64,000 nt of DNA from a virus (taxonomy: Duplodnaviria; Caudoviricetes), in IMG/VR virus record IMGVR_UViG_3300035325_000364, positions 1,876 through 65,875 of that record. The stretch is one strand, 5' to 3'. Below the pieces are notes generated by a model that worked only from the letters and a program-made list of their open reading frames with translations, was not told the origin of the DNA and searched no databases. Shown one piece after another: positions 18,762 through 25,714 of this stretch; the stretch's first letter is position 1; every line of letters starts with the position of its first letter. Position numbers and translations under genes: made by a program.

Positions 18762-20131
18762 TGAAGTTTGTACCCTACCCCTACCAGCAGTATTGCATCG
18801 ACAGCATTATCTACAACAGGGCTGTTGGGCTGTTTCTCGATATGGGGTTAGGCAAGACGGTGATAACCCTGTCAGCGATACACGACCTGCGGTACAATCG
18901 GTGGGAGGTTCAAAAGCCTCTTATCGTTGCCCCAAAAACAGTCGCGGAGGCGACATGGACAAAAGAGGCGGCAAAGTGGGACCACCTCAAAATGATGAGG
19001 GTCATTCCGGTTCTTGGGACACAGCAGCAGCGCCTTCGGGCGTTAGCGACACCAGCAGACGCATACGTCATCAACCGTGAGAATGTCCCTTGGCTGGTCG
19101 AACACTTCAAAAACGCTTGGCCTTTCGATATGGTGGTACTGGATGAAAGTTCCAGTTTCAAAAACTCACAGAGTAAGCGGTTCAAGGCATTGAAGCTGGT
19201 GCGGTCACGCATCCGACGAATCGTAGAGCTGACCGGCACCCCATCAAGCAACGGTTTGGAGGACCTGTGGGCGCAGATTTACTTACTTGACGAGGGCGCA
19301 CGTTTGGGTCGCACTATTTCAGCGTACCGGCAGATGTACTTTGCCCCCGGCAAGCGGAACAGGACAACGGTTTTCAGTTATGAGCCGATGGAGGGTAGTT
19401 TTGACAGAATCAAACAGGCCATCAGCGACATCTGCATAAGCATGAAAGCGGAGGACTATTTGACCCTCCCTGACGTGATGACGAATGATGTTCCTGTCAA
19501 GCTGGATGCCAAAGCGCAAAAGGCATATACGGAGTTGGAGACGGAGCTACTGTTGCAGGTTGATGAAAACACCATAACAGCCAGTAGCGCAGGTGTCTTG
19601 ACTGGAAAGCTGTTGCAGCTATGCAATGGAGCCATTTATGATGAGGACCGAAATGCAGTTCCGGTTCACGACTGCAAAATCAACGCATTCATGGAGTTGG
19701 TGGAGCAGTTGAACGGGCAACACGCTTTGGTGTTCTACAACTTCCAGCACGACCGCGACCGGCTGTTGGAGGCGCTGGCCCCTACTGGCCTTCGAGTGCG
19801 GGTGTATTCTCAGGCAAAGGATGAGCAGGACTGGAACAACGGAGAGGTTGACATCCTGTTAGCGCATCCTGCCAGCTGTGGCTACGGTTTGAATTTACAG
19901 CGCGGCGGTCATCATGCGGTCTGGTTCGGGCTGACGTGGAGCTTGGAGCAATACGAACAGGCAAACAAGCGTCTGCACCGGCAGGGGCAGGAACACCCGG
20001 TTGTTATCCACCACCTGATAGCGCAGGGCGGTATGGATGAGGTAGTTATCGAGGCTCTGCAAAGCAAGGGCGATATGCAGGGTGCTTTGATGGATGCCCT
20101 TCGAGTACGAATCAACAAAGTTCGCAGTTAA
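18761..20131 (+). CDS. SNF2-family helicase
   Basis: DMGLGKT, LDESS, LTGTP, GLNLQ, QANKRLHRQGQ. Confidence 0.92.
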   Translation: MKFVPYPYQQYCIDSIIYNRAVGLFLDMGLGKTVITLSAIHDLRYNRWEVQKPLIVAPKTVAEATWTKEAAKWDHLKMMRVIPVLGTQQQRLRALATPADAYVINRENVPWLVEHFKNAWPFDMVVLDESSSFKNSQSKRFKALKLVRSRIRRIVELTGTPSSNGLEDLWAQIYLLDEGARLGRTISAYRQMYFAPGKRNRTTVFSYEPMEGSFDRIKQAISDICISMKAEDYLTLPDVMTNDVPVKLDAKAQKAYTELETELLLQVDENTITASSAGVLTGKLLQLCNGAIYDEDRNAVPVHDCKINAFMELVEQLNGQHALVFYNFQHDRDRLLEALAPTGLRVRVYSQAKDEQDWNNGEVDILLAHPASCGYGLNLQRGGHHAVWFGLTWSLEQYEQANKRLHRQGQEHPVVIHHLIAQGGMDEVVIEALQSKGDMQGALMDALRVRINKVRS

Positions 20132-20150
20132 AAAAGGAGGTGGCACAGCT

Positions 20151-20633
20151 GTGAAAAAAGAGGAAATCGCTGAGATTGCAAGAGTGGCGGCGCAGGAAGT
20201 CCTTGCTAAGAAAGACGAGATGCTGGATGATGAGTATGATTCCCGGTATCACGATGTCAACCTGTTGATGAAGAATTACCGCAAGCTCAAAACGCATTAC
20301 GCCCACGTTTCGCCGGAGGCTTTAGAGGTCAACGCCATTTGTTCCATGCGCCGCAAGACCGGTCTGATGATGAGCCACGTTGACAAGATGCTGGCGGCAT
20401 ACAAAGCCATTTGTCACGAGGCATTGAACCAAGACGAGGCTCGCCGGTGGGATTCTCTGTACCTCCGGTACATAGACGATGAGCGGCTGAGTGTTGATGA
20501 AATCGCCGAGCGGTTGAATATTGAGAAGCGGACATTCTACCGAGACATCAACAAGGCGATGGAGGATATGGCGGTTCTGCTGTTCGGCATAGAGGCAATC
20601 GGCAGTTGGAAACACAAAGGCGGGAAAAAGTGA
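20151..20633 (+). CDS. sigma-70 region 4-like transcriptional activator (RinA/ArpU-like)
   Basis: GTG start after GGAGG; C-terminal HTH LRYID...IAERLNIEKRTFYR. Confidence 0.7.
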   Translation: MKKEEIAEIARVAAQEVLAKKDEMLDDEYDSRYHDVNLLMKNYRKLKTHYAHVSPEALEVNAICSMRRKTGLMMSHVDKMLAAYKAICHEALNQDEARRWDSLYLRYIDDERLSVDEIAERLNIEKRTFYRDINKAMEDMAVLLFGIEAIGSWKHKGGKK

Positions 20634-20637
20634 GACG

Positions 20638-20676
20638 GAGAGGGCTTGTCAGCAACTGAGACAAGCCCTCTCTTTC
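20638..20676 (+). terminator. intrinsic terminator ending the replication operon
   Basis: 13-bp stem GAGAGGGCTTGTC/GACAAGCCCTCTC plus T tract. Confidence 0.75.
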
Positions 20677-20699
20677 ACAGAAATTTTTCAGAAAAACGA

Positions 20700-20728
20700 T
20701 TGACAAAACACCTATATAGGTGTATAAT
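20700..20728 (+). promoter_or_regulatory. sigmaA promoter with palindromic operator (20708-20723)
   Basis: TTGACA-17-TATAAT with ACACCTATATAGGTGT in the spacer. Confidence 0.88.
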
Positions 20729-20792
20729 AGAATTGAGCATTGCCGTTCGCAGGAACGGCTCTTAATTTATACCCACGAGGGAGGTGGAGCCT

Positions 20793-21089
20793 TTGTATAA
20801 GCTGATAGGCCCAGATGGAAAGCAGTATCTGTCAGAAGAACCGGGAACGCTCGGCGGTCATCGGGGCATGAAAATCTATGGCAAACTGGATTGCCGGTCT
20901 GCCCTCCAAGCGATTGCCAGACCGACGGGCGGGACATACATCAGTAACCGCGTGTTCTTCGCCGACGAGCAGACAGCGATTGCGGCGGGCTACCGCCCCT
21001 GCCACACCTGTATGCGCGAGCACTGGAAACTGTGGCAGGAAGGTAGGCTCGATGAATTTTTTCCAAAAAATTTTTCCGAAAAGGCTTGA
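20793..21089 (+). CDS. Ada-type metal-binding domain protein, copy 1 (TTG start)
   Basis: RVFFADEQTAIAAGYRPCHTC resembles the Ada N-terminal Zn domain; GGAGG RBS. Confidence 0.8.
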   Translation: MYKLIGPDGKQYLSEEPGTLGGHRGMKIYGKLDCRSALQAIARPTGGTYISNRVFFADEQTAIAAGYRPCHTCMREHWKLWQEGRLDEFFPKNFSEKA

Positions 21090-21119
21090 CATTACACCTA
21101 TATAGGTGTATACTATAAT
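21086..21119 (+). promoter_or_regulatory. sigmaA promoter with palindromic operator (21093-21110)
   Basis: TTGACA-17-TATACT; 18-bp palindrome TACACCTATATAGGTGTA. Confidence 0.85.
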
Positions 21120-21256
21120 TAGTACGAAGGAAGAAAGCTAAGAGGATAAAACAGAATGTGGACAAGCCCCACTCGCCTTACGAGGTTTCAAAGTGGCAAG
21201 CGCAATGCGAAAGGCAACCTCTTAGCTCATAACTAAAAAATCAGGAGGACAAGAAC

Positions 21257-21412
21257 ATGATGAGACCTATGACTTACATCGAGGAATTGGAAAACGCGCT
21301 GGTCGAGCTGCTGGGTGCTATCTGCGAGACCGACGATGATGCGGAGCTTGCATCACTCACTCGGCAGTATGAATACTGCGAGGCTGAGCTGGTTTTCATG
21401 GCAGTTGCCTAA
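21257..21412 (+). CDS. acidic 51-aa protein, absent from the ORF track
   Basis: AGGAGG RBS; MMRPMTYIEELENALVELLGAICETDDDAELASLTRQYEYCEAELVFMAVA. Confidence 0.6.
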   Translation: MMRPMTYIEELENALVELLGAICETDDDAELASLTRQYEYCEAELVFMAVA

Positions 21413-21449
21413 TCTGAAAAATTTTCCCGAAATTTTTTCAGAAAAACGC

Positions 21450-21478
21450 TTGACAAAGTAGCCTAAAAGTCGTATAAT
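21450..21478 (+). promoter_or_regulatory. consensus sigmaA promoter pointing across the right att-like site
   Basis: TTGACA-17-TATAAT with A/T-tract UP-like element; no convincing sense gene downstream in the present orientation. Confidence 0.8.
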
Positions 21479-21531
21479 GAGAATATAAAGAAAATAATGC
21501 GACCGCGCAGAAACCACTACGGGTTGTTAGG

Positions 21532-21570
21532 CAAATAGGGCAGACCATCTCAGTAATTTGAATCACCTCA
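21532..21570 (-). other. hybrid att-like recombination site (right): B-arm + TGAG core + P'-arm (minus strand)
   Basis: minus strand reads ...CAAATTAC-TGAG-ATGGTCTGCCCTATTTG; inverted partner of 7236-7270. Confidence 0.7.
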
Positions 21571-21786
21571 TTGCTTTACTACCGCCATGCGGCGGCTTTT
21601 CTTCTGCCGAAAATCGTACTGGCTTTGATAAGTCTCGCAGTCGAACGATGTTTCCCGATAATAAACGCCGCTCCTGTACCACTCTCGCAAAACCCGTTCT
21701 CCGTCCCGCAATTCCGGCATTTCGGCCTTTGCCTGCTCTGCCAGCTCCGTTGCTACTGCAAGCAGAACAGCCGGTGTGGAGCTCAC
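21568..21786 (-). CDS. 72-aa protein in the cro operon; candidate recombination directionality factor
   Basis: ATGA-coupled to cro; stop abuts the att-like site; function inferred from position only. Confidence 0.55.
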   Translation of the reverse strand: MSSTPAVLLAVATELAEQAKAEMPELRDGERVLREWYRSGVYYRETSFDCETYQSQYDFRQKKSRRMAVVKQ

Positions 21787-21998
21787 TGATTTCCACTACT
21801 GTCATCGTAGCTGTCGGCCAGCAGTTCCTCAATGGTACAGCCGTAAAGCTCTGCCAACTTCGGCAGCTTGTCAGCACGGGGTTTAGCGATTCCGCGTTCC
21901 CACTTGCTGACTGCGGATTCCTTCACGCCGACGGCCTTTGCTACTTCGCGCTGTGTGGGAATTGCCCCGCGCAGCCTCCGCTCGCGCATGACGTTCAT
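21783..21998 (-). CDS. Cro-like XRE helix-turn-helix protein
   Basis: PTQREVAKAVGVKESAVSKWERG..PR...LPKLAELYGC; divergent from the repressor. Confidence 0.88.
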   Translation of the reverse strand: MNVMRERRLRGAIPTQREVAKAVGVKESAVSKWERGIAKPRADKLPKLAELYGCTIEELLADSYDDSSGNQ

Positions 21999-22036
21999 GC
22001 TCTCACCTCCTTCTGAAAGCCTCAGCGGTTCGCTTT

Positions 22037-22157
22037 CTTGAATTACAAGTCTATTATAACACCTATTTTCTCTTTTGTCAACCTACATTCTTGCGTTTTC
22101 CGAAAAAATTTTGTGGCTTGACAACTTGAATTAAAAGACTTATACTTGAATTAAAAG
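22037..22157. promoter_or_regulatory. divergent cI/cro promoters with three CTTGAATTA(C/A)AAG operators
   Basis: leftward TTGACA(22076-81)-17-TATAAT; rightward TTGACA(22118-23)-17-TATACT; operators at 22037-49, 22125-37, 22145-57. Confidence 0.8.
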
Positions 22158-22172
22158 ATAGGAGGTGTCCCT

Positions 22173-22586
22173 ATGGACGGATTTGGAGAACGACTTAGAA
22201 GATTGCGGAAAGCACGTGATATTACACAGAGCGACCTTGCGGAGTACATCGGGGTGGTTCCCTCTGCCGTGGGTAAATATGAACGGCTGGCAGATTCCTA
22301 CCCCAGCGTTGAGGCCCTTATCAAAATCAGCGAGTATTTTGATGTGAGCATCGACTACCTGCTGAAAGGTACAATGCCGAGCGGGAACGTGGAGAACAAC
22401 CTAAACGGCCTGATGACAAACAGCCCATTCATCCAAGCAAACAACGGCGGGGTCGTATTCAACGGCGACGGCTCCATCTCACCGGAGGCGATGGAGCTGC
22501 TGCGCATCTATGAAAAGCTGGGCGGGCGCGACCGCCTAAAGCTCCTGAATTTCGCCGTTGACCTCGAAGGAGGTCAGACCACATGA
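22173..22586 (+). CDS. CI/ImmR-like XRE repressor lacking an S24 peptidase domain
   Basis: N-terminal HTH (ITQSDLAEYIGV..SAVGKYER); short helical C-terminus. Confidence 0.88.
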   Translation: MDGFGERLRRLRKARDITQSDLAEYIGVVPSAVGKYERLADSYPSVEALIKISEYFDVSIDYLLKGTMPSGNVENNLNGLMTNSPFIQANNGGVVFNGDGSISPEAMELLRIYEKLGGRDRLKLLNFAVDLEGGQTT

Positions 22587-23983
22587 GACGAGCAGCCCTC
22601 TATATCCGCGTCTCTACGCTGGAACAGGCACAAGAGGGCTATTCTGTTGGCGAACAAAAGGAACGTCTGATAGCCTACTGCAAGGCGCAGGACTGGCTCA
22701 TCGCAGACGTTTATGTGGATGGCGGGTACACCGGCAGTAACATAAAACGCCCCGGCATCCAGAAACTCATCTCGGAGACGGACAAGTTCGACCTCGTGCT
22801 GGTCTACAAGCTCGACCGTCTCTCCCGCTCTCAGCGAGATACCTTGTATCTTATCGAGGAAGTTTTTCTTCCGAACAAGGTTGACTTCATCTCCATGCAA
22901 GAGAGCTTTGACACGTCATCACCATTTGGCAAAGCCATGATAGGGCTGCTGGCAGTGTTCGCCCAGCTGGAACGTGAGCAAATAAAAGAACGGACGTGGA
23001 TGGGCCGCGTGGCAAGAGCCAAAGCGGGGTTGTACCACGGCGGCGGCAAAATCCCCATCGGATATGATTACGTTGAAGGGCATCTCGTCGTGAATCCTTA
23101 CGAGGCTGAACAGGTACAGAAGATTTACGACTGGTATCTTGCTGGGGCCTCGCTGAAAACAATAGCAGACCGGCTGCAAGCTGCGGGGTACACGAACAAG
23201 TACAGCAGCTACAACTCGTGGACCTCAATCAGAAACATTCTGGAAAATGAAACCTACCTCGGCAGATTGCACTTCGGAGATGTTCTCGTTGAGGATGCGC
23301 ACGAGGCAATCATCACGCAGGAACAGTTTGACGCTGCGCAGACCATACGCCTGAGACGGCAAGAGGAATTTGGAGCAAACGCATTCCGGTCGAAGCACCT
23401 TTTGACTGGCATGATATTCTGCGGTCACTGTGGTGGGCGCTACTATCTTCGTAACACCGGAAAGTATTCGTACTACGCTTGTTACTCTCGCACCAAGCAG
23501 ATGAAAAGCATGGTGAAAGACCCCAACTGCATGAATAAAATCTGGAAAGCCTCGGAATTGGAGCCCATCATCGACCAACAAATTCGGGTGCTACTGCAAT
23601 CCCCGCAGATGGCTGCCGACATCGCGGCTAATCGCCCCAAGCACCCTACCGTCAACCGGAACGCCGAAATTGAAAAGCGCATCCGCGAGATAGACCGGCA
23701 GATAAGCAAGCTGATGGAACTATACCAACAGGATGACATACCAGCAGAGTTGCTGGGCAGTAAAATCAACAAACTGTACTCAGAGAAAACTGCCCTACAA
23801 TCCTCTCTTGCGCCAGAAGAAGATGATGGCATTGTGCCATTCGATTTGGTGCAGGAGCTCATCGAGGACGCAGCGCAGATTTGGGACTTTGCAGATGAAA
23901 GCCAAAAGCGGCGAATCATTCAAAGCCTCATATCCCGAATCGTGCTGACCGGTGATGACGTAAAAATAGAATGGGCCTTTTGA
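22583..23983 (+). CDS. large serine recombinase/integrase
   Basis: YIRVST catalytic Ser, VYKLDRLSR, recombinase domain, CGHC zinc ribbon and coiled coil. Confidence 0.95.
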   Translation: MRRAALYIRVSTLEQAQEGYSVGEQKERLIAYCKAQDWLIADVYVDGGYTGSNIKRPGIQKLISETDKFDLVLVYKLDRLSRSQRDTLYLIEEVFLPNKVDFISMQESFDTSSPFGKAMIGLLAVFAQLEREQIKERTWMGRVARAKAGLYHGGGKIPIGYDYVEGHLVVNPYEAEQVQKIYDWYLAGASLKTIADRLQAAGYTNKYSSYNSWTSIRNILENETYLGRLHFGDVLVEDAHEAIITQEQFDAAQTIRLRRQEEFGANAFRSKHLLTGMIFCGHCGGRYYLRNTGKYSYYACYSRTKQMKSMVKDPNCMNKIWKASELEPIIDQQIRVLLQSPQMAADIAANRPKHPTVNRNAEIEKRIREIDRQISKLMELYQQDDIPAELLGSKINKLYSEKTALQSSLAPEEDDGIVPFDLVQELIEDAAQIWDFADESQKRRIIQSLISRIVLTGDDVKIEWAF

Positions 23984-23992
23984 GATAAAAAG

Positions 23993-24022
23993 AGCGGGAG
24001 CATATCATGATATGCTCCCGCT
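23993..24022. terminator. perfect 30-bp palindrome between convergent genes (probable bidirectional terminator)
   Basis: AGCGGGAGCATATCATGATATGCTCCCGCT is its own reverse complement; A tract upstream, T tract downstream. Confidence 0.6.
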
Positions 24023-24028
24023 TCGATT

Positions 24029-24193
24029 TTAGTATTTGACAAGTGTTTCGTGTTTCAGGTGGCTGGGGACGAGCCAGTTTTCACCTCTGCCGTAGGTTGT
24101 GATGATGAAGATACCGTCAAACCTGATAACTGTGTGCTCTGCTCCATTGAGGTCGCGTAATACGCTCCCAACTCTCAAATCGTTTGCCGTCAT
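24029..24193 (-). CDS. 54-aa hypothetical protein (MTANDL)
   Basis: AAGGAGG RBS. Confidence 0.55.
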   Translation of the reverse strand: MTANDLRVGSVLRDLNGAEHTVIRFDGIFIITTYGRGENWLVPSHLKHETLVKY

Positions 24194-24206
24194 TATGTTT
24201 TCCTCC

Positions 24207-24500
24207 TTATTTGATTCTGCGCCAGTAGCGGACTGTATATGTCTGTGTGGGAACCTTAGACCAATCTCTGTTCGGTACATTGTATCGAAGGCCACGAACG
24301 ATGTGGTATGTTTCGTTTTCTAACTTTGTTTCTGCATACCCCGTGTTTACCACTTTCCACATTTCCGAAGCAACAACCTTGCGAACGTCCTTTCCCGTAG
24401 GAGGGTAGTCATCTTCGACCAATCGGTAAAGCTCATAAGAGGTATACCACACGCCGATAGCCATTTTCTTATATATCGCTCGTGCCATCGTTTTTTCCAT
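24207..24500 (-). CDS. hypothetical protein
   Basis: GGGAGG RBS; in the micro-ORF operon. Confidence 0.55.
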   Translation of the reverse strand: MEKTMARAIYKKMAIGVWYTSYELYRLVEDDYPPTGKDVRKVVASEMWKVVNTGYAETKLENETYHIVRGLRYNVPNRDWSKVPTQTYTVRYWRRIK

Positions 24501-24530
24501 GATGCCTTTCCCTCCCGCTTGTTTTCTGGT

Positions 24531-24683
24531 TTAGTCCTCGAAATAGATGCTGTACACGGCCTCAGTAATCTGATTAAAGCAGCCCCTCTGGTCGCGCTCA
24601 ATCGCGCTTTGGAGCATTTTGTTCGCCATCTCAGAAGCCTCTTTGTGTTCATTGATTTTGAGTGCCTTCTCATACGTTGTCAT
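24531..24683 (-). CDS. 50-aa hypothetical protein (MTTYEKALKINEHK), absent from the ORF track
   Basis: GGGAGG RBS directly after the ribozyme-like element. Confidence 0.55.
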   Translation of the reverse strand: MTTYEKALKINEHKEASEMANKMLQSAIERDQRGCFNQITEAVYSIYFED

Positions 24684-24706
24684 TGTCAATTCCTCCCTAT
24701 CTTTTA

Positions 24707-24768
24707 TGCCCTGCCATCATCAGCACCGGTGGGGCGGTTCCGGCGGACGGGCTTTCACCCGTTTCGGC
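24707..24768 (-). ncRNA. type II hammerhead-like ribozyme HH2
   Basis: GCC-GAAA-CGGG(TGAAAG)CCC-GTC-CGCCGG(loop)CCGGTG-CTGATGA-TGGCAGGGCA; same architecture and loop I pseudoknot as HH1 with different stem sequences. Confidence 0.78.
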
Positions 24769-24770
24769 TC

Positions 24771-24920
24771 TTATTTTCCGTATGTGACTTTGAGCAAGTC
24801 CATGTTGTTCAACTCTTTGTCTTGGTCTGCTTGCTCGAACAGGATAGCTCTTAATTCCTGAACGGTCATGTTCTGATTTTCGATTTCGGTCAGCGCCTGT
24901 CTTAATTCACGGATTGTCAT
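24771..24920 (-). CDS. 49-aa hypothetical protein (MTIRELRQAL), absent from the ORF track
   Basis: AGGAGG RBS; first gene after the operator-promoter. Confidence 0.55.
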   Translation of the reverse strand: MTIRELRQALTEIENQNMTVQELRAILFEQADQDKELNNMDLLKVTYGK

Positions 24921-24967
24921 TTTCAGTTCCTCCTGTTTCTTTTCTCGTTTTCCTTTGAACTAATTAT

Positions 24968-24996
24968 AGTATACACCTATATAGGTGTTTTGTCAA
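24968..24996 (-). promoter_or_regulatory. sigmaA promoter with palindromic operator (24973-24988)
   Basis: TTGACA-17-TATACT with ACACCTATATAGGTGT. Confidence 0.85.
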
Positions 24997-25069
24997 GGGC
25001 TTTTCAGAAAATTTTTCGAGAAAATTTACTGAAAGTCGTGTGAATAAGCAAAAAGAAATGCCGGAGCAT

Positions 25070-25273
25070 TTAGCTCTCGGCATTGTCTCTTTCGATTGTT
25101 TCCATAACAGCGCGTGTGAGAAATCCGTTTACGCTCTCACCCATTGCCGCTGCATGAGCCTTCACTGCGTCAGCGTTGAGCAGTGCATCGCGGCGCAAGA
25201 TAAAAGCAATCTGTTGATAAGTTTTTTTATTAAACCGGGCATCGGCCTCGGCTTTGGCTGGATTCTTAGGCAT
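25070..25273 (-). CDS. Arc-family ribbon-helix-helix DNA-binding protein
   Basis: KKTYQQIAFIL strand followed by VKAHA...GESVNGFLTRAV.E.IERD helices. Confidence 0.75.
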   Translation of the reverse strand: MPKNPAKAEADARFNKKTYQQIAFILRRDALLNADAVKAHAAAMGESVNGFLTRAVMETIERDNAES

Positions 25274-25302
25274 ATAGTCGCACCTCCTGTTATTGCTCTT
25301 TT

Positions 25303-25331
25303 ATTATACCCTATATAGGTGTATATGTCAA
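25303..25331 (-). promoter_or_regulatory. promoter of the RHH gene with degenerate operator
   Basis: TTGACA-17-TATAAT; core CCTATATAGG retained. Confidence 0.8.
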
Positions 25332-25342
25332 GAGGTTTGTGC

Positions 25343-25376
25343 TTGACTGTGGCTGAGAAGTGTCTTATAATTCAAG
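25343..25376 (+). promoter_or_regulatory. promoter of Ada-domain copy 2 overlapped by a CI-type operator
   Basis: TTGACT-17-TATAAT; 25364-25376 is the reverse complement of CTTGAATTATAAG. Confidence 0.65.
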
Positions 25377-25391
25377 TTGGAGGTGTTCGCC

Positions 25392-25667
25392 ATGTATAAA
25401 CTGATAGGCCCGGACGGAAAACAATACCTGTCCGAAGAACCAGGGGCTCTCGGCGGTCATCGAGGCCAGAAACTATACGGTCGATTGGACTGCCCCTCCG
25501 CGCTCCGCGCTATCGCCAGACCAACCGGAGCTACATACGTTAAGAACCGAGTGTTCTTTAAGGACGAGCAAACTGCGCTTGCCGCTGGGTATCGTCCCTG
25601 CGCTGTCTGCATGAGAGAGCACTACAACCTCTGGAAAGAGGGAAAACTGGAAGAAGCCCTGAAATGA
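25392..25667 (+). CDS. Ada-type metal-binding domain protein, copy 2
   Basis: roughly 75-80% identical (by eye) to 20793-21089; GGAGG RBS. Confidence 0.8.
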   Translation: MYKLIGPDGKQYLSEEPGALGGHRGQKLYGRLDCPSALRAIARPTGATYVKNRVFFKDEQTALAAGYRPCAVCMREHYNLWKEGKLEEALK

Positions 25668-25714
25668 AAAACGACCCTCCGACATTGGAATACCAACATC
25701 GGAGGGCCGTTTTA
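25667..25714. terminator. bidirectional terminator
   Basis: AAAACG.CCCTCCGA...TCGGAGGG.CGTTTT between convergent genes. Confidence 0.65.

Noticed and set aside
21150-21230. Twister or SAM-I riboswitch resemblance (ACAAGCC, GGCAACC words)
   Set aside because: The remaining conserved core and pseudoknots could not be built; kept only as an unclassified structured leader.
23984-24350. attP directly downstream of the integrase
   Set aside because: Only the terminator-like palindrome and coding DNA are there; the better att-like dyad is the one rebuilt from 7236 and 21548.
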